A stretch of DNA of 64,000 bases, from positions 6,758,001 to 6,822,000 of the forward strand of contig CM102289.1 in assembly GCA_046563655.1 (NCBI GenBank). Direction: 5' to 3'. Positions 51,269 to 64,000 of the stretch are shown piece after piece. Both the position numbers and the translations under genes were made by a program. This stretch comes from Yuukianura sp. NJ FZ-2021 (taxonomy: Eukaryota). Under the pieces are notes generated by a model. The model ran no database searches. It was not told the origin of the DNA and saw only the letters and a list, made by a program, of their open reading frames with translations. How positions within the stretch are numbered: the first letter of the stretch is position 1; each line of letters starts with the position of its first letter.

Positions 51269-54200
51269 TTATTTGAAAACACGCGGATTTGCAGGTTTTC
51301 CGGCGAAGCGAACACCACCATTTTCTCCTTTACCCACCGCAGTTTTTGATGCAGCTTGTTCATACATTTTCTTTTGCTGACGAAGTTGAGCGTAACTGAG
51401 TACCGGCTTCCGATACGGTTCAATAACTGGCTTGAACTTGGTTGTCGATGCACCACGGGAAGTCACCAAAGGGGATGCTGGAGTACTTGTAAATGGTTGC
51501 AAGTTTTCCATGTCCACCACCGTAGTCAAGTTTGCCGAACTCTGCGGAGCAGTGTGAACATCTCGAGGTTGTTCAAAGTTCTTGTCCATGTCAAGGATTT
51601 GGGCCAGCTCACGCTTCACAGAAGCAGCAGGATTGGGGACCACTGCGTTTGTTCCCGTCGGTTCTGGGTTTGAAGTGACGCGGCTTCCAACAGGTTGGTT
51701 GAGAAGCTTCAGACTCTCTTTGTTCAGTTGACGATAGGAAACGGTCTGAGCCACTTTTGTGAATTCGATACGACGACAACCAGGGGCAACTTTTGCTGCT
51801 GCAGCGGCCTTCTGGATTGGTGGTGTTTTTGTGGCTGGTTTGCGAGAAACATGTCCGACTGTGAATGACTGAGCAGAGTTGAATCGCGAGTCCACTTTGG
51901 CGCCAAAAGCAATTTGAGGCTTGACTGAACGACGCTGTGGTGGTAGCGAATTTGACGCTTTTGCAATTCTGCCCCATGTTTGGCTTGGACGACTCAACTT
52001 GGCAGTTGGAGGTGGGGTTTTCTTTAGCGGAGACTTTGAGATTTTCGGTTTCGGACTTTTGGATTTCCCTGAAGCCGGATTTTTGGATGCCGTTGCTGGA
52101 GCATTTGTCGTCTTGGACACAGGTACTGGTTGGTTAACAGGAGCGACAGTTTCAGAAACAGCTTGGTCTGAAAGCTGAAAAAAAAAACATAAAATTTTTA
52201 AAACTTCAAAAACACATTTCAAAAAATATAATTTTGATACCTTTGGTTGGTTGACGGCAACTTCGGGAAAAGTGACTGTAAATTCAGGTTTGAATTCTGG
52301 AGACGCTGTTTCCTCTTCCATTGTATTCTCGACGATTTCATCATTTTGCATTGTAGATCGTTCTAAGTCCGATGCAAATTCAAAAATAGTGGGATCCTAT
52401 AAAGAATAAACTTCTTGCAAAGACGATGTAAATAAGTATCGTCAGATCAATTATAGAGAATTCCCGCGCCGGATATTGTTGACCTAGACCTCTGATATTG
52501 TTAGAAGTAACTTGAGGTCAAAGAGCATTCGGCATTATATTAATATTAATGCGAATATTATATTAATTAATATTATTAATATTAATATGTATATATTACT
52601 TAATATTAATATATACAATATTAAAATTAATTAATTTTAATATATATATAATATTAATATTAATTAATATATTAATAATAATATTAATCCTCGCGGCGTC
52701 AAAAATCCATCCCCGAATTGTGGGGGAAAAAATGACCTTGACCTCTGACCCTGCTAGAGGCCACTCAAGCTCATCAAAATCGGATCCCCGCATTCCCCTT
52801 CCGAGTCTGCCCATCCGTTTCCGTGATGTAAATGGAGCATAACCTTGACCAATGACACCAATAGAGGTCACTTAAGGTGAATCCAAAAACTGATTTTTAG
52901 TCATCTGGTTTGTAGTTACTCATTAAAAAGCTGCAAGGTCACAAAGTTGTTGTCTCAATGCGATGAACACCTTTTGTAAGGGTCATTTTTTTGATTTCCG
53001 TGAAAAAATGTGCTTGACCTTGACCTTTGACCCGGAAATTGGCCACTTCCGGTCAAACCAGAGACCGATTGGTCACCCCTGTACCATGTGAAGGTCATCT
53101 GCGAAGACAGGTTGAAAATCGGTCCTGTGGTTCCTGAGTTATAGACGCGCGTAGAATGAGCGACGCCATTTTGCAACTTTCATCGTCTATATCTCCAGAA
53201 CCGTAGGTCAAAGGTCAAGGTCACCTATAGCAAAGTTGTTCCCCTCAATGAAATGAACAACTTTTGTAGAGGCCATTTGTCCAAATTCCGTCGAAAATGT
53301 ACTTGACCTTGACCTTTGACCCGGAAGTTGGCCACTTCCGGTCAAACCGAAAACGACTTGTTCACCCCTGGACCATGCGTAGTTGATCTGTGAAGACAGA
53401 TTGAAAATCGGTCCAGCGGTTCCAGAGATATTGTAGCTAGTATACAGACGGACGGACAGACAGACGGACAGACAGACGGACGGACGGACATTACGATCCC
53501 TATAAGTATCTGACGATACTTAACAACAGTTAGTTAATTAAACAGTTAAAGTAATTAAAAACGTAGGTGAAGTAAATCAAGTTTTAGTCTAAAACTTACA
53601 TCTTTCCACATTCGTTGAACAATGTCGTTGGCAATCTCCTCTCCATTTTCAGAAAAGATCTCACTGGAAGTTTTCGGTTGTGAAACGTCTTCAACCGATT
53701 CTTCGGTGTTTGCGTCTGACGATCCCGCAGTACTTGCAGCAATTTGATTTTCGTTTTCATCTGCTCCCGTAACAAACCGAGTTCGTGAAGCAGAGGCCAG
53801 CATCGTCGGAGAGAAAGTCTTGCCAAGTTGATACTGAGAAGTCAGAGGAGTACACAATTTTGATGCCGATTTGCTGAAGCCTGATGCGAAAAGGATGGAT
53901 CTCGACGATTTCGATGGAAACAGCGTCGCCATGTCAGTTTGTGACGCTTTTGATGATTCAGGACCACCAAGTATGCTTGAGTTAACATTCGACATGGAAG
54001 GAGGCATGAGACCAACAAAAGAATCGAAACCAGCAATTCGATGAAGCAGAATGTTTTCCGACGGTGGTTTGGGTGTCATGATTCGATCAGCTTCGGCTTG
54101 CAATTCAACAATTTCGGCTTCAGCCAATCGCAACTCCTCCAGAATATTTTGATACGCTTCTTGAAACTCCTCACGACGACTGTGTGGTCTTGGTAAGTTT

Positions 54201-55448
54201 TCAAGGTTTGGCTCTTGGACATTCGCAGTTGAGCTTACGCTGGCACTTGCAGCGTCAGTTTCTTGGATTGCGTCGGTGTCGCAAATGAAGTCCATCAAGG
54301 TTCCAAGGGATTGACAGGCTTGTTGAAACGGACCTTCGGCTTCAATCTTCTTCAAGTACTCATCAACTGTCTTTTCCAGACGATCCAATGCTCCGGGGTC
54401 ATCAATGTATCCCATAGGAGTCAAATTTTGACTTGTTTTGAGGTAAGGCAAACCACACGAATACTCCGAATCTTCGTCATTTTCAGTCAGACTGAATTTT
54501 CCTACAACAAAACAAAATAAAATCAATTGAAGTTAAAATTTCTCAAATTTTTTTTTCCAGAAAATTTGGACTTACGAGCCCAGTGTCGCAGTGAAGCTCC
54601 CACGGCCCATGGGACAAGATGTATCCCATTGAAATCTTCCAGAAAATTTGACAGAAGGACTTTGTTTTGTGGTTCCAGCAAAATACTTGCAAGAGTGTTG
54701 ATATTTCGAGCGACTTTCCGAAAGAGGTCGCCACAAACCAGTGTAATTTTGGCAGTATTTTGTGACTCGCGATTGTTGACTTGCTCGTAACCAAAGGAAC
54801 TTTGGTCATCGTCGCTTGAAAAATTGAATGCAGTCAGGACGTCTTCCGAGGAAGTACAGAATGCACTCGCAGAAGCTCCAACTTTCGGCGACAAAAATCC
54901 ATCAACTACAAAAAAATCAAATTTTGATTTCCAGTTTTTCAAAATATTGTTGTCACAGTTTGTGTCATTACCGTTTGGAGTTCGGAGACCTCCGGCAGCC
55001 AACGTCAGTCCAGAAGGCGTTGCTCTCGGAATGACGTTTCCGTTAACGTCAAGCATTGCCCCGGTGACCTTGAGAAATCGTGCATGAATTAGCATTGTCA
55101 TTGGCAATTGTCCAAAATTTGAAAATGGAAAACCCAAATGCTGATACCTCAGACGCTCTATTGGAAGCCATGTTGTTGTTCGTGCGTAGATTGACTTCAC
55201 TGTTTTTCTTACAAAAACTTTTGACCTTGACCTTGACAACTGCCAGAAAATTTTCTCGTGCGTGCCGAAGGAGCTGTCGCTGCTGCTGCTGTCGCTGTTG
55301 TTCTCACGACTGAGAAAAAAAAGTTTCCAAAAACGCACACATCACTCCGTTGTTTACGTAACTTGACTCGGGAAATGCAAAGCTCCAGCTCCATGGCAAC
55401 GGTAGGACACCGCGTTTTGTGATTCAGAAAAATGGATTTTTGTTTCAT
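51269..55448 (-). CDS. Unidentified large protein with Ser/Pro/Lys-rich low-complexity C-terminus, multi-exon; start uncertain
   Basis: Long ORFs 54523-55338, 53555-54526 and 51269-52351 are linked by plausible GT-AG introns. No family motif recognised. Confidence 0.7.
52405..53523 (-). mobile_element. Non-autonomous Helentron/DINE-1-like element, copy 2, filling most of an intron
   Basis: The reverse complement starts ttaagtatcgtcagatacttatagggatcgt plus (GTCC/GTCT)n and ends atctgacgatacttattt..gcaagaagtttatt. The subterminal inverted repeat taagtatcgtcagat is perfect. It contains two diverged repeats about 290 bp apart (about 52935-53430) and an almost pure A/T tract (about 52535-52688). 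Confidence 0.85.
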
Positions 55449-56362
55449 TTCAGTTTGATTTTAAAAAGTTCATGAATTCATAAGACTGGAGAAGCTTATG
55501 ATGGCTTCTGTGTTGACCTTGATGAATGAAAAAATAATCGGCAACATATATGCCATTGACATTAAAACCTCGAAAATCCTTAAAATTACGAGATGACGCT
55601 TTTGCTTTTGTCATAATTTTCCTGCGCATTAGAGTCATGTCACGTAAGAAAAATTTCCTTCAAGGATTTGCATTGTTTCATATCCAGTTTTTGAGCAAAT
55701 TAGCAACTACTAGTAACAATTCCTCCCTTCCCGTCTCCTTCATGTTACTGACGCTAATACAAATGTATTGCAAATCCTAATATCATCTCAGCTTAAGCTT
55801 CCCCTAGGATGACGAACAGTTTTGGAAACCCCGTCACTGCCAAAAAATGCATAGTTTTTGCCAATGCTAAACTCACTAGCACCTCCAATCCAACCGGTCA
55901 GTCGACCCCTCGATGGCTTTGTCGTGTTTACTAAAGCCAATTTGCCTTGAGTTTAATGCCACTAGTGATTTTGTATCAGTCACTGGACGAGTCAAAGCAT
56001 AAGTTCCGTCTTTGGTCTTTAGTGGCTAGTTTTGAAACGTCTAGTTTTGTCACAATTACTAGTTCCGAAAGTGGCAGTGATAGTAAATGACAGTTGATAA
56101 AACGCTTATGACTTAAAAGTGATTGTGTGATAGTAATGCAATAGGTTGAAGGATTTTCCTGAAAGTTCAGTTTTAGTCTAGAGTAGCCATGGGATGCATC
56201 GTAGTTCTTTAGAATTGAATTTTTACTTCAAACAAAGTTGGAAATTAATAATTTCATCATTGTCATTTTAGCCTTTTTCTTAGAACTTTAGTTGAAATTG
56301 ATAGGCTTATAAGACTTAAGTTTTGCATTTTAGAATACGTTTTGTGAAATATTGGAGTCGAG

Positions 56363-58733
56363 ATGGAAGAAGATCGCAAAGAAGCTGTAGAAGTAAGTCA
56401 ATCATCGAAAAGACGAATTTCCAAATGCAATCTAATTTTTTTTAAATTCGATTTTTTTTTAAATTTTTAGAAAATGAAACAGAAGCTACTGGAGCATATT
56501 GAAACTGAAATTGGTTCTATAGTGGAAGCCAGTAACTACTCCAATGTCTCAAATAGTACTGATCTCCAGAGCACCTCTTTTTCGCTGTCACCCTCAATAT
56601 ACTCCGTCGATAAAAGGTAAAGTGTTTGCTCACGAAAATTTTGAAAGCCAAAAATTGAAAAACTTTTACACTTTTAATTTTCCGCTTTTTGAAAAATAGG
56701 AAATCGTCTATCGACGGAAAGTTACCTGAAAAAGTTTTTCGTTCAAGAGACTCGCCTTTGACAGAACTCTTGGAAGTGCCGCATTTTAAAACCATTCATC
56801 ACATTTTCATCGCAACTTTGTCCCTGTTTATGATCCATGCTCTGGTCATTGACCTCTTCCAAACTGGAAAGTAAGTTAAGGTTCTAAAAGGATTAACTTT
56901 TCAAAATTTTGAAATATTTTGTCTCTTCTAGATTGGATTTTGGATTGGAAATGCTTTTGTGGGCATTTGGAGAATTTCAAACCCTATTTTTGATGTGCAC
57001 ATTCATGAATCTCGTTACATTGTTTGGAGTCTACCCGTCATTTTACTTTTGGGCAACATCTCGACAGGATTTCAAACTAGGTATTCAAAATGCAACTAAA
57101 ATTTTGAAAAAAAAAAACAACAACAAAATTTCATTTTTTTTATTTGCAATTTGCAGAGACTCGAAAGAAGTTCGATATTGGTGCTGGCATAGGCTTCATC
57201 GTTTTTCTGCTTGCCTTCATTTTTGTTCCAATGAGAATCTTGATAAAAAATCCACTCCCTCCTGCCTCTGGAGCCGCAGTGACAATGGAACAAGTAAGCA
57301 ACCTTGTTTTACTAAATAGTTAACATTAATTAACATCTTCAGTTAATTTCCACATCTTTATGCATGTACTAGTGCCGGTTACTCATGAAAATCTACGCCT
57401 TCGTCAGAACATCAGCTCCACGCGTAATAGCCGAAACTAGCAAAAACAGCGATTCCTCAGTAGCCGATTCCTCTTCAGATTTTCAAAATGAAAAAACGAT
57501 TGAAATTGGAACCACTAATCCAGCACAGTCCATTAGCGAAACTCTGCGCAGACGCATCACGACAGCCAATCAAAATGGTGTTAATGGAAATTCTAAGAGG
57601 AATCAACGGCAATCTTGGATCATTTGGAATGAAGAAGAGTCAGCAGGATGCCCGGGATTTTCAAAATATGTGTACTTTTTGTGTGCTCCAACGCTGATCT
57701 ACAAAGATTCCTATCCAATGTACGATTTTGAAATTCTTTATAAAACTTGACTTTATGGAAGACTTTTTTTTTGAATTTTCAAAATTTTAGGAGGGAAACG
57801 ATTCGATGGGATTATGTGTGCTGGAACTTTGCACAGTGCCTTGGATGTGTAGTTTACGCCAACTTCATGCTGACCAGATTTAATACAGCGTTCTTCTCCC
57901 ATTTTGGGCAAGAGGCAATGAATTTGACGCAGTTGACGCATGCGCTGTTTTCCATGATGCTCCCAGGAATCATGTGTCTCATGCTCGCCTTCTTTCTCAT
58001 TCTACATGCTTGGCAAAATGCGTTTGCTGAAATGCTATGTTTTGGGGATCGACTTTTCTACAAAGTAAACAAAAAACAAATTTTTGAAACATTTCTGAAA
58101 ATTTCTGGCTTTGATTGAAATCATGTCTCATTTTTTTAAAAATTTAGGATTGGTGGAACTGTACCTCGTTTTCTGCTTACTATAAAACCTGGAATCTCAT
58201 CGTCCACGATTGGCTCTACACTTATATATTTAAGGTAAGATACTGAATTTTAAAACTCCAAATTTTTGGACACTGGAAATTTCAAAATTCTTTTCGAAAT
58301 TTTAGGACGCAACAGAATTTGGCCTAGGAAATATTTGGAAACCACTCCCAACCACAATTGTGTTTGTAATTTCTTCCTTGTTCCATGAATACATCCTATG
58401 CTTCTCATTCAATTTCTTTTTCCCTGTCCTACTAACACTGTTTGGTGGATTTGGATTTGGCTTCCTTTTTGTCAAAGGAGGAAAAAGTGCTTTTGGAAAT
58501 GTCCTCATTTGGATGGCACTCATTTCCGGTACAGGAATTATCCTCACTATGTACACAATGGAGTACTATGCAAGACTCAACTGTCCACCAGCAGAGGTAA
58601 TCTAAATAATTTTAGTGCATTTAATTTATGTAATTTTTTTTTACTTATTATTTTGCTTTTTCATTTCCAGAGTTTGGATTTTTTCATTCCACGAGCATTC
58701 ACATGCGGAGCCATTTCATTATCACTTACATAA
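56363..58733 (+). CDS. SOAT1: Sterol O-acyltransferase (ACAT/SOAT, MBOAT family), multi-exon
   Basis: [108 protein letters not shown]. Confidence 0.94.
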
Positions 58734-61700
58734 ATTACAGATCAAAACGAAACTACAAAATTCTCAATGCCATAAGCGTCCAACTGTCAATTTTTTTCTT
58801 AAAATGTGCTAAAGTCGAGTTCCACAAAATGTATTTTCCAAAAATGCAAAAACATTAGATAGTTCTTAATAACTGCAATTCCATATTTGTGATATTCCAA
58901 AAATTTTGCTCATTTAGTTTAAAGTTTTACAAATTTCGGTTTGTTCGCAGAAGAAAGATAGTATAAATAAATTATTTGCAACTTACGTATCATAACACAA
59001 TATCTGTTCATCTTTTTGCCAAACTTGAAACGTTTTTACTTTCAACAAAAAATGAGCAATAAAGTCCCAAAAAATGCGTTTTTCGACGGAAGGAAGTTGA
59101 AATGCGTTGAAAATCAGTTTCTGCATTACATGGGCTAATATTGTGTTATATTCGACTGAATAGTGGATGTGGGTGTTGCCGGAAATGAATCGCTTGAGGT
59201 ATCAAATGGTCGGTGTAGAATTCCACGCAAAGCCATTCCTCAAGAACTTTCCAAACGGATGTCCAAAATGGGTAATTTATTATTCGGTCCAACCTAACGC
59301 AACCTAACGAGAGGTTATCCTGACCATGAGAGAAAGCACCGCTTGGAACCATTTATTCACTGTCTTCGTTTCCCATTCAGGTTCAAGCAAAACCAGGGAA
59401 ATTGAATGTCGAAAGTTACAGCGGAAGACGGAAACGTCTCAGTTCTGCTCCAGCATTATTTTTACATGTTCAACTCCTGGCAACTGCTTACCACGAAAGA
59501 AAATTTTCAAAAAAACTTTAATTTTTAGAAATTACATTTCAAAGTTTTTGTTTTAGTTTAACTCTTACCTTGCAGCTTTCTCTGAATTTCGGGAAACTTT
59601 CTTTTACCACAACTAAAAATGCCAGAGTTTATTAGAAAAGGAATAAAAAATTTAAAGAATTTGGAAAATTGCAATTGAAAAATCCACATAAATCTTCACC
59701 GCTTGACATTTCCTCTCATAATGATTCTCCCACCAGAATATCTTGGAGTATCAGTTGCAGAATACCAATTTGGACTGGGCTTTTTTGTTCTAGGAGACTG
59801 GAGGTTCCGAATTTTCTGAAATCCTGGAAGACTAGCCCATTAATCAGACGACGCTGGAGGAAGTGCTCTTTAACATTTACAAGACAGCAGCTTCCTGAAC
59901 GCAAAACAAAAGTTTCTCATTTTCAGACTCTTTGTTCATGCATCAAATGCTGCGTACAAAATAAATCGTTAGTTTTCCAGAAAAGGGAAGCCACAAAAGA
60001 TGCTTCAGTATTGAAACGTTCGAATTGTGAAACAAAAGTTTCCTTGTTTTCGAAAGGTCAAATGTCAATGTTTCAATTAGCGGAACCGTTAAGTTGTCAA
60101 TTTGCAATAGCAATAATTACAAATTGGTGCAAAGTTCCACTTCCATCGCTTCAGTACGTAGTAGAACCACAGTAAACACTTGATCCAACTCCTTCTGCAG
60201 AAAAATGTGCGAAAGTGTTAAAATTGTGATGTAGTTGGAGCTCTTTTCTATCCGTATGCTACAAGCAACAAAAAGGTTCCCATGTGACTCCTTCGCTTTT
60301 TGGGAATTGACAAAAGTAAAACTTGAGACTTTCGCACTAACTCTGTAAAAAAAAGTTTTAGTAAAACTTTTTGTGTCGGGTTGCACCGTACGATCTCCTT
60401 GTCATAGAATGAGACATACGCAGAGAACCTTTCGTCATTTTGTTTGATTCCACTTTTTCGCATTGGCAAAAAAGAGTTTGCAACGCTCTGTACAACACGT
60501 AATACTTCATTACCAGCCACTAAACATGCTCCACGTTTATCACTTTACAATAAAACCACAAAAGTTTTACTGTTTCCTCACATAGCTTTCAAAAAAGGTG
60601 CCAAAATAATTTTTTCATCATCGTGAATTTGAAATTTCAGAAGCTTTCTTTATTTCAGTTTTTGGGTGCCTTTTTATCGATGAGGTTTCATTCGATTTTC
60701 ATAGTCGATAGTTGAGGTTTCTTGAGGTTATAAAAATAATAGTAAAAATTGGTCAATTTCGTCTGGTTTTGAAAGCTTTTTTTTTCCTACACGTTTTTTT
60801 TTGGTTTCAAAAAATCTTCTACTCGTGTAAATTGGGCCTCATGAAACTGAATTTGGGAAATAAAAATGTCAAAGGCAGAAGTAGCGTGCCGAAACTAAGA
60901 AGAGAAAACTTTCTCTTTTGACTTATAGATTTTTTCCTTACTGATTTTCTGTTCTGTTTTTGAAAAGATAGCGAAAAAAAGTTTGTGAAAAAAGGCGCAG
61001 CCAAAGAATCTTATTATTGGAGAAGGCGAAAAACGTGAAGCTTTTTTTTCTGTGAGTTTTTGGGATTTGCTCTAACCTTTAAGTATTTACTTTTACAATT
61101 GAATTGGTCCAGCGAAAGTAATCGGATTCCATTTGCATCTTCTTTTTTTGGCAGAGAGAAAGAGGGAAAGTATTTGAACTTTATTTTTTTGTGAATAGAA
61201 TTGTAATAGTACCAAGAAGATTTTCGTAGTCAAAGTCTCTTAAAGCTTTTGTCTTCTTGTCTTCCAATTTCACTTTTTAGAAACTTTTTTTTGAAAGAAC
61301 CACCTACGCATTTTCGATTCATAAAACGAGTGAACTTTGACCCTTTTGCAAAACTTTTTTTTTAAACTGACCTCTGACCTTCACTGTTCTTTTCTCTGCT
61401 CTTTGTTTTTCCAAAGCCATATTGATCTTTCTCACTCTTCCCACTTTTTGCAAATTAGAGAAAAAGATTCAGCCGAATAAATTTATTGTTAAAACTTTTC
61501 ACCGAAAATTTGAAAATTTGGTGTTTCTGCGGAGTTAAAAGAGTTTTTCAAGTGTAAGGTTGAAAACCAATATGAATTCTCCTGGGAAAAGGAGAAAGAA
61601 AGAAACAAGAGTTTGTTGTGGGTGTTTTGAAATTAGGACCGCGTAGGTTGGTTGTAAGTAGGTTGAGTTTTCTAATTCTAGTTATGTCTAAACTTTTCCT

Positions 61701-62834
61701 AATTAATAACGTCCTCACGTCTTTCCAACCTCTCCACAAGTTGTTCAAATTGTGTTCAAACAGGAGCAGAACACTTAAATTCTAACAACTTTCTTGATGT
61801 TCCAGAAAAGGGCGAGGTAGTGGATTCCGTTTGCTTTTGGTCCACACCACCCAGATGAGCAATATAATCCATTTGAATCGGCCGTGCCTCGTTTTCAAAA
61901 TTAACCGCGCTCCTGCCCAACTAAGCTTAGAATTTACTTTTTATTTGTTTACAGGCTGGAAGTAATTGGAAGTCATTTTTTAGAAAGGATTTTAAAAAAT
62001 GGAGTTTCAACCAAATTGGATACACAGTCTGCTTTTAGTTTAATTCGACGGAAGAAAGAAAAGTTTTGGAGGCTATACTTAATGGATTGGCCAATTACTT
62101 TTTTACTCAAAAACTGAAAACGAGAAGGCAGTTAAAAGTCCGGATTTTTGGCAAAAGAGAAGTTCAAATTTCAACTGTTCATGGAATACCTAAAATTTCT
62201 TCTTGATGAAATCTAGCTAAAATTATTTTATATTTATTAGCTATAAATATAAAAATTTTATATTTATATGACTATTTGAAAATTGCTTAAGAGGTCTTAA
62301 GGAAGACTTTTCCTAAGTAATTTTTTGTCATACAGATGAAATTCTTATTGGTAAGATTTATTCCAACAGAATAAGTTAATGCGAAAATGCGGTAACATTA
62401 TTTTCTAAAATGTGGACACTTTAAAATCCTCCGCCTCTAGAAAGCTTAGAATTCAAAATTTGGGTTATTGCTGTCATGCTGTCATAAACAAATATTGACT
62501 TCCAAAATATTTCAAAAATTCTATTGGGTTTAGAAACAGATTTATAGCGGGACTGGTTGGTAGCAGAACATTTTTGAAGAAAAATGAACTGAAAATTTTA
62601 AAGAAAAGTTTGATTTTGCGCTGTTTTTATTTCAAAATATTAAGCGTCAAGAATTTCTGTAGTAGAAATCACAAGATGTATCTACATTTAAAAATGGCGT
62701 ATTTTCTACATTTGGAAATTGTGTATTTATTGACAATCAAAGTTCAAAAAATATTGGAAATCAAAATAGGGTAAAAAGAATTAGAACCACGATTTTTAAG
62801 AAAAATAAAAAGAATGTTACTTAAAATAAAAATT

Positions 62835-64000
62835 TTAAGAAGATTCTTCCAGAAGGCTCACGAGAGACTTGAGAGCATTGACTCTGCCATGACCAAATGC
62901 ATTATTTGGCCAAGTATCTTCCGAGACACCTCCACAGTGTTTACCTGGTTTAGTCAAGTCACGGTCAATCGCTTGGTATAGATGTCTCTTGACATCTTCA
63001 ATGGAGATCTCTTTGTCACGACTTTTGAGCAGAGCAACCACTCCAGCCGCATGAGGACTAGCCATTGACGTTCCAGACATTGTAGCATAAGCTTTATCAC
63101 TGGAATGATAGGATGACCGAACGGAGGAACCAGGGGCGGACACATCCGGTTTGATGTCGCCGTAAACGCTTGGGCCGACACTGCTGAAGGAAGAAAGTGC
63201 GTCGGTATTGGTTGTGGAACCGACTCCAATGACTCCTGGGTGATCCGCTGGAGAACCGGCAGAACCGCATCGGGGTCCGGAGTTACCGTTGGAAAAAAGT
63301 GTTACGATTCCTCCTGCGATCCAGGCATCAATCATGTCATGGTAAACTTCACGTCCTTGACCGCCTCCCCAACTGTTGCTAACGAGATGCGGAGCTTTGC
63401 TGCAATCTGGTTTGCTTTCATCCGGAAGCGTTGGGCACAGAATGAATTGACCGCAGTGCAGAAGAGCGTCTTGGGCACAGGAGGAAGTTGCACAGCCTTT
63501 GCAAGCCATCCAAGTTGCACCAGGAGCAACTCCAATTCCACCTAAAATGTCAAAGGTCATATGAGTGGTGGGAGATCATTCAGGTTTAGGTGATCGCAGA
63601 AGTCATTAAAACTTAATTTATATACCTTGTCCAGCAATAGTTCCGGTCGTGTGGGTTCCATGTCCATTCTGGTCATTTGGCTCAGCCGTGAATTTGTGCG
63701 GGTCAAACCATCCGTATTCTCCGAGAAAGTTGCTGCGAAGTGCTTCATGTGTATACCTCACTCCAGTGTCAACCGTAGCGACTACAACGCCCTCTCCATT
63801 GTTTCCACCATCCAATCCCCAAGCTTCCGGTGCCTGAATGATACTCACACCCCATTCCTCTGCTTGTGGCTTATCCCCAAAAATTTCAGAAGACTCGACT
63901 ACTGGCATCATTATTTCGGTGAATTCCTGTTCGTGAATAGCCGAAACCGATGGGATCTGCGCAAGTCGCTGGACCAGCTCAAGTGTCGCTTCCTTAATAA
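62835..64000 (-). CDS. Subtilisin-family S8 peptidase, bacillopeptidase F-like; intron at 63542-63625; 5' end outside the window
   Basis: Catalytic motifs VATVDTG, NGHGTHTTGTIAG and MSGTSMASPHAAG; GIGVAPGATWMACKGC, APHLVSNSWGG, FSNGNSGPRC and PNNAFGHGRVNA are characteristic of the BpF-like clade. Confidence 0.93.

Noticed and set aside
52596..52871. ORF with an INIIINILIN tail
   Set aside because: Translation of the A/T tract inside the mobile element.
59146..60530. Possible spliced minus-strand gene
   Set aside because: Splice-like signals and short ORFs are present, but I could not build a consistent frame or recognise a product. It may be a lncRNA or decayed gene and needs RNA-seq.
61572..61646. 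Short ORF MNSPGKRRKKETRVCCGCFEIRTA resembling a membrane-protein N-terminus
   Set aside because: Stops after 24 codons with no convincing downstream exons.
1..64000. tRNA, rRNA, prokaryotic operons or defence systems
   Set aside because: None recognised by eye; a tRNAscan/Infernal run would be needed to exclude small RNAs.

Overview
This is eukaryotic, not prokaryotic, DNA: gene-dense and AT-rich, with many short (about 55-100 bp) GT-AG introns. The gene content suggests an arthropod, probably a springtail-like hexapod (inference). In order, the window holds the 3' part of unc-80, a Helentron/DINE-1-like element carrying a 59-bp satellite, and a phospholipase C whose intron contains a decayed pogo transposon with a nested MITE. 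Next come a tandem family of small secreted cysteine-rich proteins (partly in a 2.24-kb duplication), three signal-peptide CRAL-TRIO/SEC14-like genes, a signal-peptide tandem-C2 (copine-like) gene and a small zinc-finger gene. These are followed by a membrane-anchored carboxylesterase, a SAM methyltransferase, an HSE-driven hsp70, an ionotropic receptor, a GR/OR-like chemoreceptor, a double CCP-serine-protease gene, an unidentified gene with a second Helentron-like copy in its intron, sterol O-acyltransferase, and a bacillopeptidase F-like subtilisin (HGT candidate) cut by the window end. The most novel-looking block is about 19-36 kb: rapidly diversifying secreted Cys-rich proteins with an orphan swappable exon, next to normally cytosolic lipid-binding modules that carry signal peptides. 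All exon models, alignments and counts were made by eye and no database search was run.
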